NCBI RefSeq assembly: GCF_006345805.1
Contig: NC_043019.1
Location: forward strand, 21,575,360 to 21,639,359
Reading direction: 5' to 3'
Length of the DNA stretch: 64,000 nucleotides
From: Octopus sinensis
Taxonomy: Eukaryota
Shown here: positions 26,813 through 39,926 of the stretch, piece by piece
Layout: the number at the start of each line of letters is the position of its first letter
Numbering within the stretch: position 1 is the stretch's first letter
The notes under the pieces: generated by a model
What the model was told of the DNA's origin: nothing
Seen by the model: only the letters and a program-made list of their open reading frames with translations
The model's database searches: none
Position numbers and translations under genes: made by a program

Positions 26813-28507
26813 CTGCCAAGTAATAAAAAATGCTTTTTTCAATATTCCATAAAAATGTGATGTACAAAGTGAAAACAACAACAACAACAGCAATTGATTC
26901 TTATTTTGACAGAAGGTTAGTAATTTTCAGAAGAAGGGTGCAGCCAATTACATCATTCCCAGCATTTGATGAGTAGTTTATTTTTATTGACCCTGAATAG
27001 CTGAAAGGTAAAGTTGACCTCGGTAGTCTTTGAACTCAGAACATATAAAGGCAGGAGAAATGTGCTTTGTCCAACATACTAATGGTTCTACTAGCTGGCT
27101 GCTTCTTGACAACAACAAAAATAACACATTTGTTTCTAATTTAGGTAGAAGGCTCACAGTTTTGAAGGGAGGAAGTGTTATTCACTTACACTGACTCCAG
27201 TACTAGACAGGTACTTTATGCCATTGACCTTAAAAGGATGAATGGCAGAGCTGATCTTGGCAGGATTTAAATTCAGAAATTGAAGAACAGGAACAAATAT
27301 CACAAGATATTTCCTGATTGGAGGTTTAAGATGTACATATTTTATCTTGGTATAAAAGATGGGCTGCAACAAATATTCTCATTGCCACAGATTTGCTGAT
27401 CAGTTGCTTAAACTTAACCAGTTGAGTATGTCCTTTAGTGGCTGATGATATGTACATCTCTGATCATGAGCAGGCAAATTAGGGGAGCATTAAAGCCATG
27501 TGTCAAGAGGAATTCTTTGGGAATTGAATAATTCACTTCTGGAAACATGTATCTTAGTGTGTTCCCACAGTCTATTGCCTGTAATCTAATATAGGCATCA
27601 TCAGCACTGCAACTCCCTCTTGCCACACAACTTGACACTTTGGGCAAGTGTTATTATAGTCCTGGGCTGACTAATGCCTCATGAGTGGATTTTGTAGACA
27701 GAAACTGAAAGAAGCCCATTGTATACATTTACACACACACATATATATACACGTGTGTGAGTGTTTCCTTGTTTTGACATTGTATAACAGTTGTAAATGA
27801 TTGTCACTGCTATACACGCAGTGTCATTCATTTCCAATATTCTGCAAGAACATGTGTGGCCATGGGGAAGAATTACCTTGCTTAGAAATAGGTGAGGCTT
27901 AGCAATAGGAAGGACATCAGGCCATAGATGATCTGCCTCAATGAATTCTGTCCAATCCATGCAAGCATGGAAAAGTGGACATTACCAATAACGAGTATTT
28001 ATACAACAGCTGTTTAAATTTTCAACACAACTCAAAACTCCCCCCCTTCCCCATGAGTATGCAAATTCTAGATAAGGAACTATTGCACTAAGTTATTATT
28101 TGAGGGAAATTTGGTTGTATTTCTAGCATGCCAAGTATCTTATTAGAGGCTGCTCAGTTTCCATGACTAATGAAGGTGTTTAACGCTTATTAATGCAGTA
28201 ACAGTAATCAATCTAGATAACAACAATAAACAATGGAAGAGACTATAAAGGGGAATGACACCCTGGAAGAATAAAAATAACACACTTGCCTAATGAAGGG
28301 ATATTAATTATCTATGAAAAATCAATCAGAAGAACAATGCAACTGCAATTTAGTAAAAATATGCTTCTTTTCATAGGGATGGCATATATAATATTCAATT
28401 GACCTTAATTTCAGCTAATTGCTTTCGGAAGGTTATAACAGTACGTGTGTGTATACATATGTGCAGATATACATATATAAGTCATCACAATGTCTGTTTT
28501 CCATGAT

Positions 28508-28545
<38 letters not shown>

Positions 28546-28546
<1 letters not shown>

Positions 28547-28850
28547 AGGTGCAATGACCCAGTGTTTAGGGCAGCGGACTCGCGGTTGTAGGATCGCGGT
28601 TTTGATTCCCAGACCAGGCGTTGTGAGTGTTTATTGAGCAAAAACACCTAAAGCTCCATGAGGCTCCGGCAGGAGGGGGAGGGGCGATCCCTGCTGTACT
28701 CTTTCACCACAACTTTCTCTCACTCTTTCTTCTGTTGGCCTGCTCGCTTAGCCAGCGGGATGGCGTCATTTGAAGGTTAAAACAATGCAAAGTGCATTCT
28801 GACCAGCGATGTGTAGCAACATCTGATGGCCTGGTCGGTCACGGTGATAT
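28546..28850 (+). mobile_element. SINE family C2 (family-C head with a different 3' module)
   Basis: The first ~190 nt match 22165; it then continues TTGGCCTGCTCGCTTAGCCAGCGG...GGTCACGGTGATA, a tail also found alone at 9015-9130. Confidence 0.8.
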
Positions 28851-28856
28851 ATATAT

Positions 28857-29602
28857 ATATAGGAAAACTAGAAGTTGAAAATGCACTGAAAATAGTTAAA
28901 ATATTTTCTATTATTAATATATTTAGAGTTTTAACCGGTTTCACAGTTTACACTGATTTTCAAGAAGTTCAAATAGAAAGACATGGCTTAAGCTGTGGCT
29001 GTCTTGCTTCTGACTAGAGTTTGAAACTTACCCTTTTTTATAGGGAGTTCATGGCTCAAATTAGTATAAGTTTTGAATAGGATTTGATTGGTAGAGGATA
29101 GTCACATGACTGGTCTTGGGAATTTTTCTAGGTTCCCCGCTACATCCCTGTGTTAGTATTAAATGATAATGTTTGGTGTTGTAAGTTAAGGCTGACATAG
29201 TTGACTGAGCATGTCCAAACTCGCAATAAAAGACTCCAGGAACTAAAACAAGTACTACTTAAAAGACAATGTTAATAGACAACGGAATAGAATGTGCCAA
29301 AGCAATAAATGTCAAAGAACTATGAAGAACGCTCCAGATACATCGAATACTCTATCATTTATTACAACACACAACCCAAGAAACAGAGGTTTACAATATT
29401 ATCCACCAGAACTCCCTATAAAATTAGGGCAAGCTTCAAACACTACTCAGAAGCAAGACAGCCACAGCTTAAGCCACGTCTTTCTATTTGAACTCCTAAA
29501 AAATCAGTGTAAACTGTGAAACCGGTTAAAACTTTAAATATATTAATAATAGAAAATATTTTAACTATTCTCAGCGCATTTTCAACTTCTATTTTTCATA
29601 TA
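28857..29602. mobile_element. Penelope-like element fragment with inverted terminal (pLTR-like) arms
   Basis: About 190-bp arms (28857-29050 and 29409-29602) are reverse complements. The + strand interior encodes frameshifted RNKRLQELKQVLLKRQ / LIDNGIECAKAINVKEL / TLSFITTHNPRN / YNIIHQN, resembling the RT-to-GIY-YIG linker of Penelope-like elements. Confidence 0.7.
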
Positions 29603-29644
29603 TTTCTACCCGTGTGGAATAAAATAACTTTGTTATATATATAA

Positions 29645-29865
29645 CAAGCTGGCAGAATCGTTAGCACGCTAGGCGAAATGCGTAGCTGTATTTCGTCTGC
29701 CGTTACGTTCTGAGTTCAAATTCTGCCGAGGTCGACTTTGCCTTTCATCCTTTCGGGGTCGATAAATTAAGTACCAGTTACGCACTGGGGTCGATGTAAT
29801 CGACTTAATCTATTTGTCTGTCCTTGTTTGTCCCCTCTGTGTTTAGCCCCTTGTGGGTAGTAAAA
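29645..29865 (+). mobile_element. SINE family B
   Basis: Close match to 50130-50360. Confidence 0.85.
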
Positions 29866-30186
29866 AATATATATATATATATATATACCATTAAGGATAC
29901 TGGAAAAGGTGGACAGTCAACATGCTAGATATAGACGTCTATCGCAATTCTCACAAGGATTATGTTCTCAAATAAAAATAAAATTCAGCACGACCTAAAG
30001 CAATGGATGAGACAAAAGAAAATACTAATGGAAATTACCTATACTAGTTTCAGCTATAAATCACAAGGATATCTGTAGCTTCATCAGCGTAGTGTTATGA
30101 GCATAATATAATGGTATATATAAATATAATCTTCGGATTTTTTTTAAGGTTGACCACTGTTTTAATTGACTTATATCAATTTCTAC

Positions 30187-30223
<37 letters not shown>

Positions 30224-30882
30224 GGTGCAGGCATACTATGAGAAATTTGCTTGCATCTTCATGGTTTTGGGTTGGGTCCCACTGTGTGGCACCATAAGTG
30301 AATGCCTTCCACTAGAACCTTGGGCCAAACACACATTTGCGCATATGTGTGTGAGACAGACAGACATAAATACAGAGAAAGAGAGAGGGGAGTGCATGCA
30401 TGCATCCATGTATCTATGTACATTAGTGCTTCTCCACGCAGTTGCAGAACAACAAATAGTGAAGCAGCAATTTCTCCTGTCAAATTATCTGCTGCTTTTG
30501 TGCCTTCGAAGACATGTAATAAGAGATCTGTTATTTGAAAATGGATGAGAGAGAAAGAGAGTGTGTGTGTGTGTGTTATTAGATATATATATATATATAA
30601 CTACATATTTTGCAACAACTTTTTCTGGCAAAATTAGCAATGGTTTCTCTAAATTTCAGCAAAGAAGTCAAATAAATTTGATGATTTTCTCATATATTTT
30701 TACAGCTCACTGATTGCCTTAATGATTCCATTGACTTATTTATATCCACCTTGACCTGACTTTGAAAAATTCGCAACAAGTAGGCTACAGATTCAAGTTA
30801 ATCTTATTTCACAGATAGATGTAGAGTTTTATCTTTAATGTTCTTCCACTGTGACATACTTATATGTTTGCTTGTAAGTATG

Positions 30883-30917
<35 letters not shown>

Positions 30918-31670
30918 TACTTTTTTCAGTCACATGACTGCAGCCATGCTGGAGCACCACCTTTAAGTGAATATATCAACCCCAGGACTTATTCTTTGTA
31001 AGCCTAGTACTCATTCTATTGGTCTCTTTTGCGGAACTGTTAAGTTACGGGGACATAAACACACCAACATCAGTTGTCATGTTATGGTGTGTATGTGTGT
31101 GTGTGTGGGGGGGGGAACAAACACAGACATATATATACATATACACGACAGGCTTCTCTCAATTTCCGTCTACCAAATCCACTCACAAGGCTTTGGTTGG
31201 CCAAGGTGCCATTGCAGTGGGACTGAACCCGGAGCCATGTGGTTGGTAAGCAAGCTACTTACCACACAGCTACTCCTGAGCCTATATATATATACACATA
31301 CATACACACACACACACATATATATAAATTTTACTAGTTTTAGTCATCAGACTGTGGCCATGCTGGGGCACCGCATTGAAGAAATTTTAGTTGAACAAAC
31401 CAACTCCAGTACTTATATTTTTAAAAGCCTAGTACTTATTTTATTCATCACTTTAGCTGAGCTGCTAAGATATGGGGATATAAACACACCAACACCAGTT
31501 GTCATGCAGTGGGAAGGGGGACAAACATAGACACAAAGACATACACACATAAATATGATGGGCTTCTTTTAGTTTCCGCTTACCAAATCCACTCACAAGG
31601 CTTTCATTGGCTCAAGGCTATAGTAGAAGACACTTGTCCAAGGTGCCACCACACAGCCATACTTGTGCCT
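30918..31670 (-). mobile_element. Two tandem SINE family A copies
   Basis: 30918-31278 and 31330-31670 each match 33857-34250, with internal deletions. Confidence 0.75.
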
Positions 31671-32864
31671 ATATATTTTCTTTGATTTTTAATTATTTGA
31701 AATTTTCCTGTAAAGAAGGAGTTGGTTTCTAATAAAAATACAAAACCCCATTATTGGAACATTGATAATAAAAACAATGTCACATTTTGAACTTGAGAAA
31801 AAGTCTTGCATATCTTTACTGTTCCACTTACAGATTGTATTTGCAATGTACAGCTATAAGACTAACACATATACAAAAAACACTAGAGAATGTTTATGTC
31901 CTCGGGTAATTTGAATAATTAAAAGAAAAATAAACTAAAAGAATCAATTTGAAGTGACCAAAAGATAAAGAGAGATAATAAATATTGTACAAGATGAATT
32001 CTTGACCTATTGAAATTATTTTTGCTTTGAGAGAAGGTAAACAAATACCCAAGCAGCTATAAAGTAAAGTCTATAGAGATAAACAGATAAAGAATAAAGT
32101 ATTCTACTATACTTAACTATCCTGATGGAACAAAATAGAAGAAGTGAATGCGAGATTTCATTATTAATCATCCTTGGTGCAAATAAATAAATAAATAAAT
32201 AAAGGTTAGTGGAGCTGTAATTAACTTCCATTCATATTAAACTGTCTCGTTAACTTGTTGACATACAGAAACTTAAGTAATTAATAGAAAGTTGTAACTA
32301 ATAGTTGTATGTTACAGTGAGTACCAACTTTGTGTGTGCATATAACTAGCGACTGTATGTGCTTGTGTGAGCATCAATGCAGGTGTGTATTTGAATGCAG
32401 AAGACTTGCATATGAGCTGATGGTAGAAACAACCAAATGGAACGATGATGAATGAAAACAAGCAACAATGTGGGAAATTTAATTCTCTTGTTTTCATTCA
32501 CTGCACTTGGCTCTTTGATTACATAGGAGCTTCACTCTTTCATCAAAGACAGTAATGGAGTAGCGAGTGAGTGAGTGAGTTCGGTGATGTGAAAAGTCAC
32601 ATTGATAACACTAGAACTATACAGAAACAGGCATAAACAATAGTCACAGCTGAATAATATGTCTGTCACTGAAGAATAGAAGGAAGAGGAGGGATGACCA
32701 CAGAAGAAGACAGAAGCCAAAAGAAAGGAGGAGAAAAAAAAGTGAGAAAGGAGGGGAAGAGAAGACAGAAAGGTGCGATGATATGGAGAAGACAGAAAAA
32801 AAGAACACAGAGTAGAAAGGAAGAAGAATTTTGAAGTTGTAGGAAGCCGATAGAATATGAAAAA

Positions 32865-33130
32865 GTTCAAAGGATTATTTACCTAATTTCAGTGGAATAC
32901 ATCCACTGGTTCATGTGTCATATAGCTAGCTAGAGGCGATGGCCTCTTGGAGCTAATCAACGGTAGCTTCCGTCCTATATTTATGGACTGCCATATTAGC
33001 TTGGCGATAACTATTAATATCCAGTACCGCTGCCGTAGTCTCTTTTAGAGAGACTTAAAAATAATAATATTTCTATTTTTGAAAACCAGTGGATGTATTC
33101 AACTGAAATTAGGAAAATAATCCTTCGAAC
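32865..33130. mobile_element. MITE with 47-bp terminal inverted repeats
   Basis: GTTCAAAGGATTATTTACCTAATTTCAGTGGAATACATCCACTGGTT (32865-32911) matches the reverse complement of 33084-33130 with 3 mismatches. Confidence 0.75.
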
Positions 33131-33856
33131 AGACGGTCAGCAGCGATGCCTGCTGGGTCTGGCTACTCTGCATTGATAAACGGTAAATACCCTGAAACAT
33201 GTCTGCAGAGGCCTGACCAGCAAGGGGAAACGGCTCACCTCCCCTGTTTGAAGGTTATAATGGTCACAGGTTCGCGTGTCATATAGCTAGCTAGAGGCGA
33301 TGGCCTCTTGGAGCTAATCAACAGCAGTTTTCGTCCTATATTTATGGACTGCCATGTTAGCTTGGCGATAACTATTAATGATAATAATAATAATAATGAT
33401 TTAAAATTTTGGTACAGGGCCAGTAGTTTCTGAGGGAGGGGCAAGTCGATTACATTGAGCCCCAGTACTTGACTGGTACTAATTTTATCAATCCTGAAAG
33501 GATAAAAGGCAAATTTGACTTTTGTAGAATTTGAGCTCAGAACGTAGATAGACAAAATTCTTATCAGGTTTTTGTCTAGCATGTTAATAGTCCTGCCAGT
33601 TTACCATCTTAATAATAATAATAGTGCTCTCTACTATAGGTTCAAGTCGTGAAATTTTGGGGAAGATTTTGGAAGTCGATTACATTGACCTCAGTGTTTC
33701 ACTAATAATCTTCTATACTATAGGTTGATTTTTCAGAGGAGGGGACTAGTTGATTATGCTGACCCTGAAAGGATGAAAGGAAAAATTGACTTTGGCAAAA
33801 TTTGAACTCAGAACGTAAAAACAGATGAAACACTGATAAGCATTTTGTCTGGCATA

Positions 33857-34250
33857 CTCTTTACTCTCTTTTACTTGTTTCAGTCATTTAACTGCGGCCA
33901 TGGTGGAGCACCGCCTTTAGTCGAGCAAATCGACCCCGGGACTTATTCTTTATAAGCCCAGTACTTATTCTATCGGTCTCTTTTGCCGAACCGCTAAGTG
34001 ATGGGGACATAAACACACCAGTTGTCAAGCAATGCTAGGGGGACAAACACAGACACACAAATACACACATATATATATACATATATACGACTGGCTTCTT
34101 TCAGTTTCCGTCTACCAAATCCACTCACATGGCATTGGTCGGCCCGGGGCTATAGCAGAAGACACTTGCCCAAGATGCCACGCAGTGGGACTGAACCCAG
34201 AACCATGTGGTTGGTTAGCAAGCTACTTACCACACAGCCACTCCTGCGCC
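33857..34250 (-). mobile_element. SINE family A, full-length, inserted into a family-B SINE
   Basis: Reverse complement of 54728-55111; the host family-B sequence CATTTTGTCTGGCAT / GCTAACAATTCTGC is split around it. Confidence 0.85.
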
Positions 34251-36704
34251 TATGCTAACAATTCTGCAAGCTTACAGTGTTAATAATAACAATAATAGTG
34301 ATAATTCATAGGTGTTGTTTCCTGAGTTAAAACTTAATTAATCGATCCATTTATCTACAAATTTACTCTCTCTCTTACACACATAAGGACACGTACATAG
34401 ATTTTACAAATACGAAACAATAAAAAATACAAAGAAAGCTTCACACAAGTAATTAGGTTTAGAAAAATATATTTACATGTCTACTCTCTCTCATATAAAA
34501 TGTATTATTTAGGAAGCAAATCATTTATGTGAAAAATAGAAAAATTTTGCTGGAATTGGAAAAACAAATGTCAGTTTTAGATCAGACTGTGTGGAACCAT
34601 GCAAACCATTTCAAAATCATGGCATTAGTTTAGAGAAATCTTTTAATTTTCTTCGGCTACCTACTTTATAACCAATCTACCTGTTTACCTACTTGCACAT
34701 AAACCTTTCTTTTTATCTACCTGTTCATCTCTCTCTCTCTCTCTCTCTCAAAGTGATTTCAAACAATATACCTATTTTTACCTGTATATCTATTTTGCAC
34801 GTAATCCTAACAATATGTCAATGTAAATATGTCCGTCTGTTTATCTATCTAACCATCTATCTACCTACATACCTGATTTATCTGTAATTATTACAATCAC
34901 AAAACACAGGGGAAAATACAAACAAAAACTGAACACAAACATATATATATATATATATATATAAAGCAACAACAAAAACTTGCAGATTCATTTTAATCTC
35001 CAGAACATTTGCTTGGCAGCAAAAATAATTGTATGTGTCTCTAATTTCATTTAACACGCATGTCTTTGCATGACAGTGAAATACGTGCTGTTAAGTTAAA
35101 CAACAATGTATTTTGCAAATTGCTTTGGTGGGGGAAAAAAAAAAAAAAGAGAGAAATTACAATGTTTCAAACTACATATCTCAATTAATCTGAAAGCTTT
35201 GTCTCAGTATTGATTTCAAGGTGTGTTATGTTGTATCTGTTGTGATGTATCAGTTGTTTTCAATTCACATTAACACAAACAACAGGTGGAACGACGTAGC
35301 TTTTCTATCATTTTCTGCTGTCAATATCCATGAAATGTCGATCCTTCATGTTGGTATTTAACCAACACGTTTTAAATTTAGACAACTAAAACTTAAAAGA
35401 CTCCCAATAGATTTTATTCTCAAATATAATTTCGTAATTTAAAGCACACACTACACTCATGTATAGACACAACACACACACACCTTTTATCACTTTTTTT
35501 AATCTTTTACTTATTTCAGTCATTAGACTGTGGCCATGCTAGGGCACTGCCTGGAAGAGTTTTTAGTTGAACGAATCAATTCCACTACTTCTTTTTTTTA
35601 AACCTGGTACTTATTCAATCAGTCTCTCTTGCTGAACTCGTAAGTTATGGGAACATTACCAAACCAACACAGGTTGTCAAGCAGTGGTGGGGGAACAAAC
35701 ACACACAAACATATATATGATAGGCTGACATTGGAGGGTAGGTGTGAGAAACTAGATCTGGCCCTTTGAACATAAGACAAGGTAGAATATTTGGGTAGGA
35801 TGGGACCAATTTAGATACTAAAGGATTAGATTAGTTATAAATGTACTGTAAATGTTCATGGGCACTGCTGTTTCCCTCCTAATTAAATGCTAAAAAAGGG
35901 AAGTAAAGAATAATGAACACACACATCTATGGTCAAGTAGAGCTTAAGGTTGTTAAAATGTTAATTAATATAGGGAGTACTAATAAATATAACTAGAAAT
36001 AAAAACAGTGAGGAAAAAAACAAAAGTGAAAGCAAATTTGTATTACTAATATTATGTAAATTACTTTGGCAGGTGTGAGGGGACAACTCTGTACATGTTT
36101 TGATATTATTGCAATCTCATCAATGAAACATAGACTTCCTGATTTTACTTTTGCACTATGGATTTTGCAGACTCTTAAAAATTGGTGAGATGGAAGCCTT
36201 TTGAATTGTTATGAGTCAATACTTGCAGGGAGAAAGACACAATTTGTAAAAAGCTCTTAACGGTATGTGTAAAATTTGATGTCCTTTCATACAAGTATGG
36301 AATATGGGTATAAGTCTTTGATTTGTCTTTTCATGCAGTAATGGCAATATAATATATCAGTTGCAAATTTTGGCACAAGGTCATCAATTTCTGGGGAGGG
36401 ATAAGCTGATTACAGTGATCCCAGAGTGCAACTGGTACTTATTTTATTGACCCCCAAAAGGATGAAAGGCAGTCGACCTCACTGGAATTTGAACACAGAA
36501 TGCAAAGACAGATGAAAAGTTGTTCAGCCTTTACCTTGTGTGGTAATGGATACTGCTTTGTGTATACGCGTGTGTATGTTGTGTATGTATAGTGTGTGTA
36601 TTGTGCCTGTGTGTGTGAGTATATGGTGAAAGTGCTTGCAATGTATGTGAAATAGGGACAGGCAGAGCTTTTTGAGAAGCACTAAAGGATATAAGTGTAC
36701 TTAC

Positions 36705-36784
36705 CACAACTTCAAAATCATTGCCAACAATTGGTTCCCAGGTTGCTTTAATTGCCGCCTCCACTCCAGGCAACAAATCACCAC
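36705..36784 (-). CDS. Patj: Internal coding exon of a PATJ/MPDZ multi-PDZ protein (linker preceding a PDZ domain)
   Basis: Minus strand reads ttgtttgttgtttgtttag|GT...GTTGTG|gtaagt; 80 nt, phase 1 to phase 0. It encodes (G)GDLLPGVEAAIKATWEPIVGNDFEVV, similar to the recalled Drosophila Patj segment ETEIIRKWQKIVGSDVEVI, and splices in frame to the 26639-26812 exon. Confidence 0.85.
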
Positions 36785-36897
36785 CTAAACAAACAACAAA
36801 CAAGTTTAGTAATAAGGACTACCATGAAATATATAAGAATGCAGAACAATTTGGCCACAGTCAAATTATTGAAACAAGTAAAGGATAAAAGATAATA

Positions 36898-37120
36898 TAT
36901 TTCTTTACTAACCACAAGGGGCTAAACACAGAGGGGACAAACAAGGACAGACAAAGGGATTAAGTCGATTACATCGACCCCAGTGTGTAACAGGTACTTA
37001 TCCGAAAGGATGAAAGGCAAAGTTGACCTTGGCGGAATTTGAACTCGGAACGTAACAACAGACGAAATACGGCTACGCAGGTTGCCCGGCGTGCTAACGT
37101 TTCTGCCAGCTCGCCGCCTT
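36898..37120 (-). mobile_element. SINE family B
   Basis: Reverse complement of 50130-50360; lies about 115 bp from the acceptor of the exon at 36784. Confidence 0.85.
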
Positions 37121-37558
37121 TAGGATAAAAGATAATAAGTCTTGTCCAACCTATGCCAGAAGATATGGCTGTGTGGTTAAGAAGTTCACCTCTCAAGTTA
37201 TGGATTCAATCACATTATGCAGGACCTTGGTCAAGTATCTTTTACTGTTACCCAGGGCCTGCTAATACCTTGAGAGAATTCAGTAGGGAGAAACTGTACG
37301 AAGCTTGTCATATATACAAGTCTCATTCAACCCATCCAAGCATGGGGCAAAAGAAAAAAAAAGGGGACATGAAAATCAACCATCACTATCATCATGCATA
37401 CAAGGATAATGTAAAACAAATATTCTGATGAAAACATTGCTAACATGTAAGAACTTAAACCATACTGACAACAACAACATTGTGTTTCTTATGAAAAAAG
37501 AATCTGCTTTTGATATGATTACCAGTATTTATGTTTTACAAAATCTAACCATTTACAT

Positions 37559-37594
<36 letters not shown>

Positions 37595-38311
37595 ATATAT
37601 ATATATATTATATATATATAGACATATATATATATCACAGATACACATTTACATTGATTCTTGTAAACAGTTTTACATACGCACAAAAAGTGTTTTTATA
37701 GACACATACCTAAATACATGATAGTTGCATGTCTGTACATACACACATGCACATCTGTGTGTGTGTATACATATGGTTATTTATACACATACAAACAAAT
37801 ATTATAAAATATGTATATTTATTTCATAAAAGCACTTATAAATAGAAAAGTCTTTACCTAAAAAAATAATTACAAATACACGCATAAAACACATAGATAC
37901 ACATACACAAACACACACACACACAAACACACACACAAACTGAACACACTGAAACACATTTCATGTGGATTACTGGAAAACTTAAAATATATTTAACCAT
38001 CAAAATGGAACGAAATTTTCTTTTAAAAAAAGATTCAGAAAATAAAATAAATCATTAACATTAGAGAAAATATGGCAGGTAGGGGAGAAAAAAAAAGCTG
38101 TGTGTGTGTGTGTGGAGTGGAAAATAGTCTGGGAAGTTATGTGTCTTTGAAATGATCAAAAGTATTTATCTGTTAAAATAAAAGTCCATTTTAGCTTGAA
38201 CTATCATTAAATGGAAAGCTTTCATTGTAATCGTCTTCTGTCCCATCAATATTGCCGAAACAATAAGCATGTTGTAATAATGGCTTGTTTCATAATGAAT
38301 GTGTGTGTGTA

Positions 38312-38345
<34 letters not shown>

Positions 38346-38601
38346 GGGGAAGTGAGGGAGAGAGAAATAGCTACACAGACAAGTAGATAGACTGATACAC
38401 ACACACATCACATATGTGTGTGTGTGTGTGTGTGTGTGTGTTTGTATGTGCACATATATATGTATACATACATATATAATCATATATATATGTATGTATG
38501 TTTGAATGTGTATGTGTGTGAATTTATGTTTGTATATTTGTGTGTGCATGTATATATAAACAGATGGATGAATAGATAGATAGATAAACAGTCAGAATGA
38601 T

Positions 38602-38643
<42 letters not shown>

Positions 38644-39266
38644 ACACACACACACAAACAATAAACTGTCTGTACCTCTTTCTCTATCTCAATACACACC
38701 CAGTTTGGCAGCTAGATAGATAAATATGATTACATGCTATATTAGGCAGGAAAAAAGTCTGCATATATATATAAGTCACTGCTATTTAAAAGAGTAGAAG
38801 GAAAAGCTAGAAAGAGTATTTGAATAAAATATTTTGAAAAAAATCTTTAAATAATAATATAAAAATATTCCTTTTGAAAAACTAAATAATTTGAAGAAGA
38901 AACTATTTTACCCAATTTCATGAAAAATTGATTATTAGAAAACAAAAATATTTTTGTTCGACTGAAAAAAATAGTTCTTTTGATTTTCATTCAAACTTTC
39001 CTCATTTCGTATCTTTGCCTCCAGTTATCTATTGATGGCACAAACACTAGATCAAAATGTGCAAAAGTACTGGTTTCAAATTTTGCTACAATGCCAGCAA
39101 TTTCAGAGAGGGGGGCAAGTTGATTGCATCAACCTCAGTGCTCGTCTAGTATTTATTTTATCGACCCTGGAAGGATGAAAGGCAAAGTCAACCCTGGCAG
39201 AATTTGAACTCAGAATGGATGGAATGCTGCTAAGTATGCTAACAATTCTGCTAGCTTGCTGCCTTA

Positions 39267-39564
39267 TCTTTATATATAAAAGTGAAGTTGCGTGTCTGTC
39301 TCCTACGATTTAGATTCCTAACTACTCCCACATTTTGCGGTGCAGTTTAACCAAAACCGGGTATCTTATAGTCATGATTCATATTGAGCCCTTCTGGGTA
39401 CTAGCAAGCGTCTATGATGAATCTACGATTTAAAAAAAAATTTACCATCATTTTTTTTTCCATTTTTAATGCATTTTTTTGCTATTTTTTGGCTATAACT
39501 CTCTAAAAATGCTTATATAGTTATTTCCCTTACAAACCCGAGCAACGCCAGGTGATACTGCTAG
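39267..39564 (+). mobile_element. Non-autonomous Helitron
   Basis: Starts A|TCTTTATATATAAAAG and ends with a GC-rich hairpin-like CCCGAGCAACGCCAGG followed by ...CTAG|T. This gives 5'-TC and 3'-CTAG termini inserted at an A/T site. Confidence 0.75.
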
Positions 39565-39926
39565 TTCTTATAATAAAGCAAAGATAAATTGCAGTCCTAT
39601 GCCACAAAAGTATACATATAATTGGATTGCTTTTGATCAGTGGTCTCCTTAGTAGGAACATATCTGAAGCTAAACAACACCATTTTGTGGGTTTTCTGGA
39701 TCCAAGCTGTTCAAATTATTTCGATTGTTTCGTTTGAGATGATGGAAGTTGGTATGTGTGATTGAGACATTTAACACCAACTTCCAAAACCTTATAACTT
39801 GCTTGATCCTGATCCAATTTCATGTCACAGATTCATCTGTGACAACGAAGGCAGTATCAACTACAAAAAGTTGCCAAGCAATCAGTTTGTTGAATGTCAC
39901 TTTGCTTTTGAGCCCACTTAGTAGCA

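Noticed and set aside
32500-32830. Long pyrimidine tract on the gene strand ending in CAG|TGA (possible poison exon)
   Set aside because: There is no convincing donor, and the tract looks like ordinary low-complexity GA-rich sequence.
39600-39920. Coding-looking island next to the CR1 fragment
   Set aside because: The frames are interrupted by stops and match no motif I recognise; it may be an old transposon remnant but cannot be supported.
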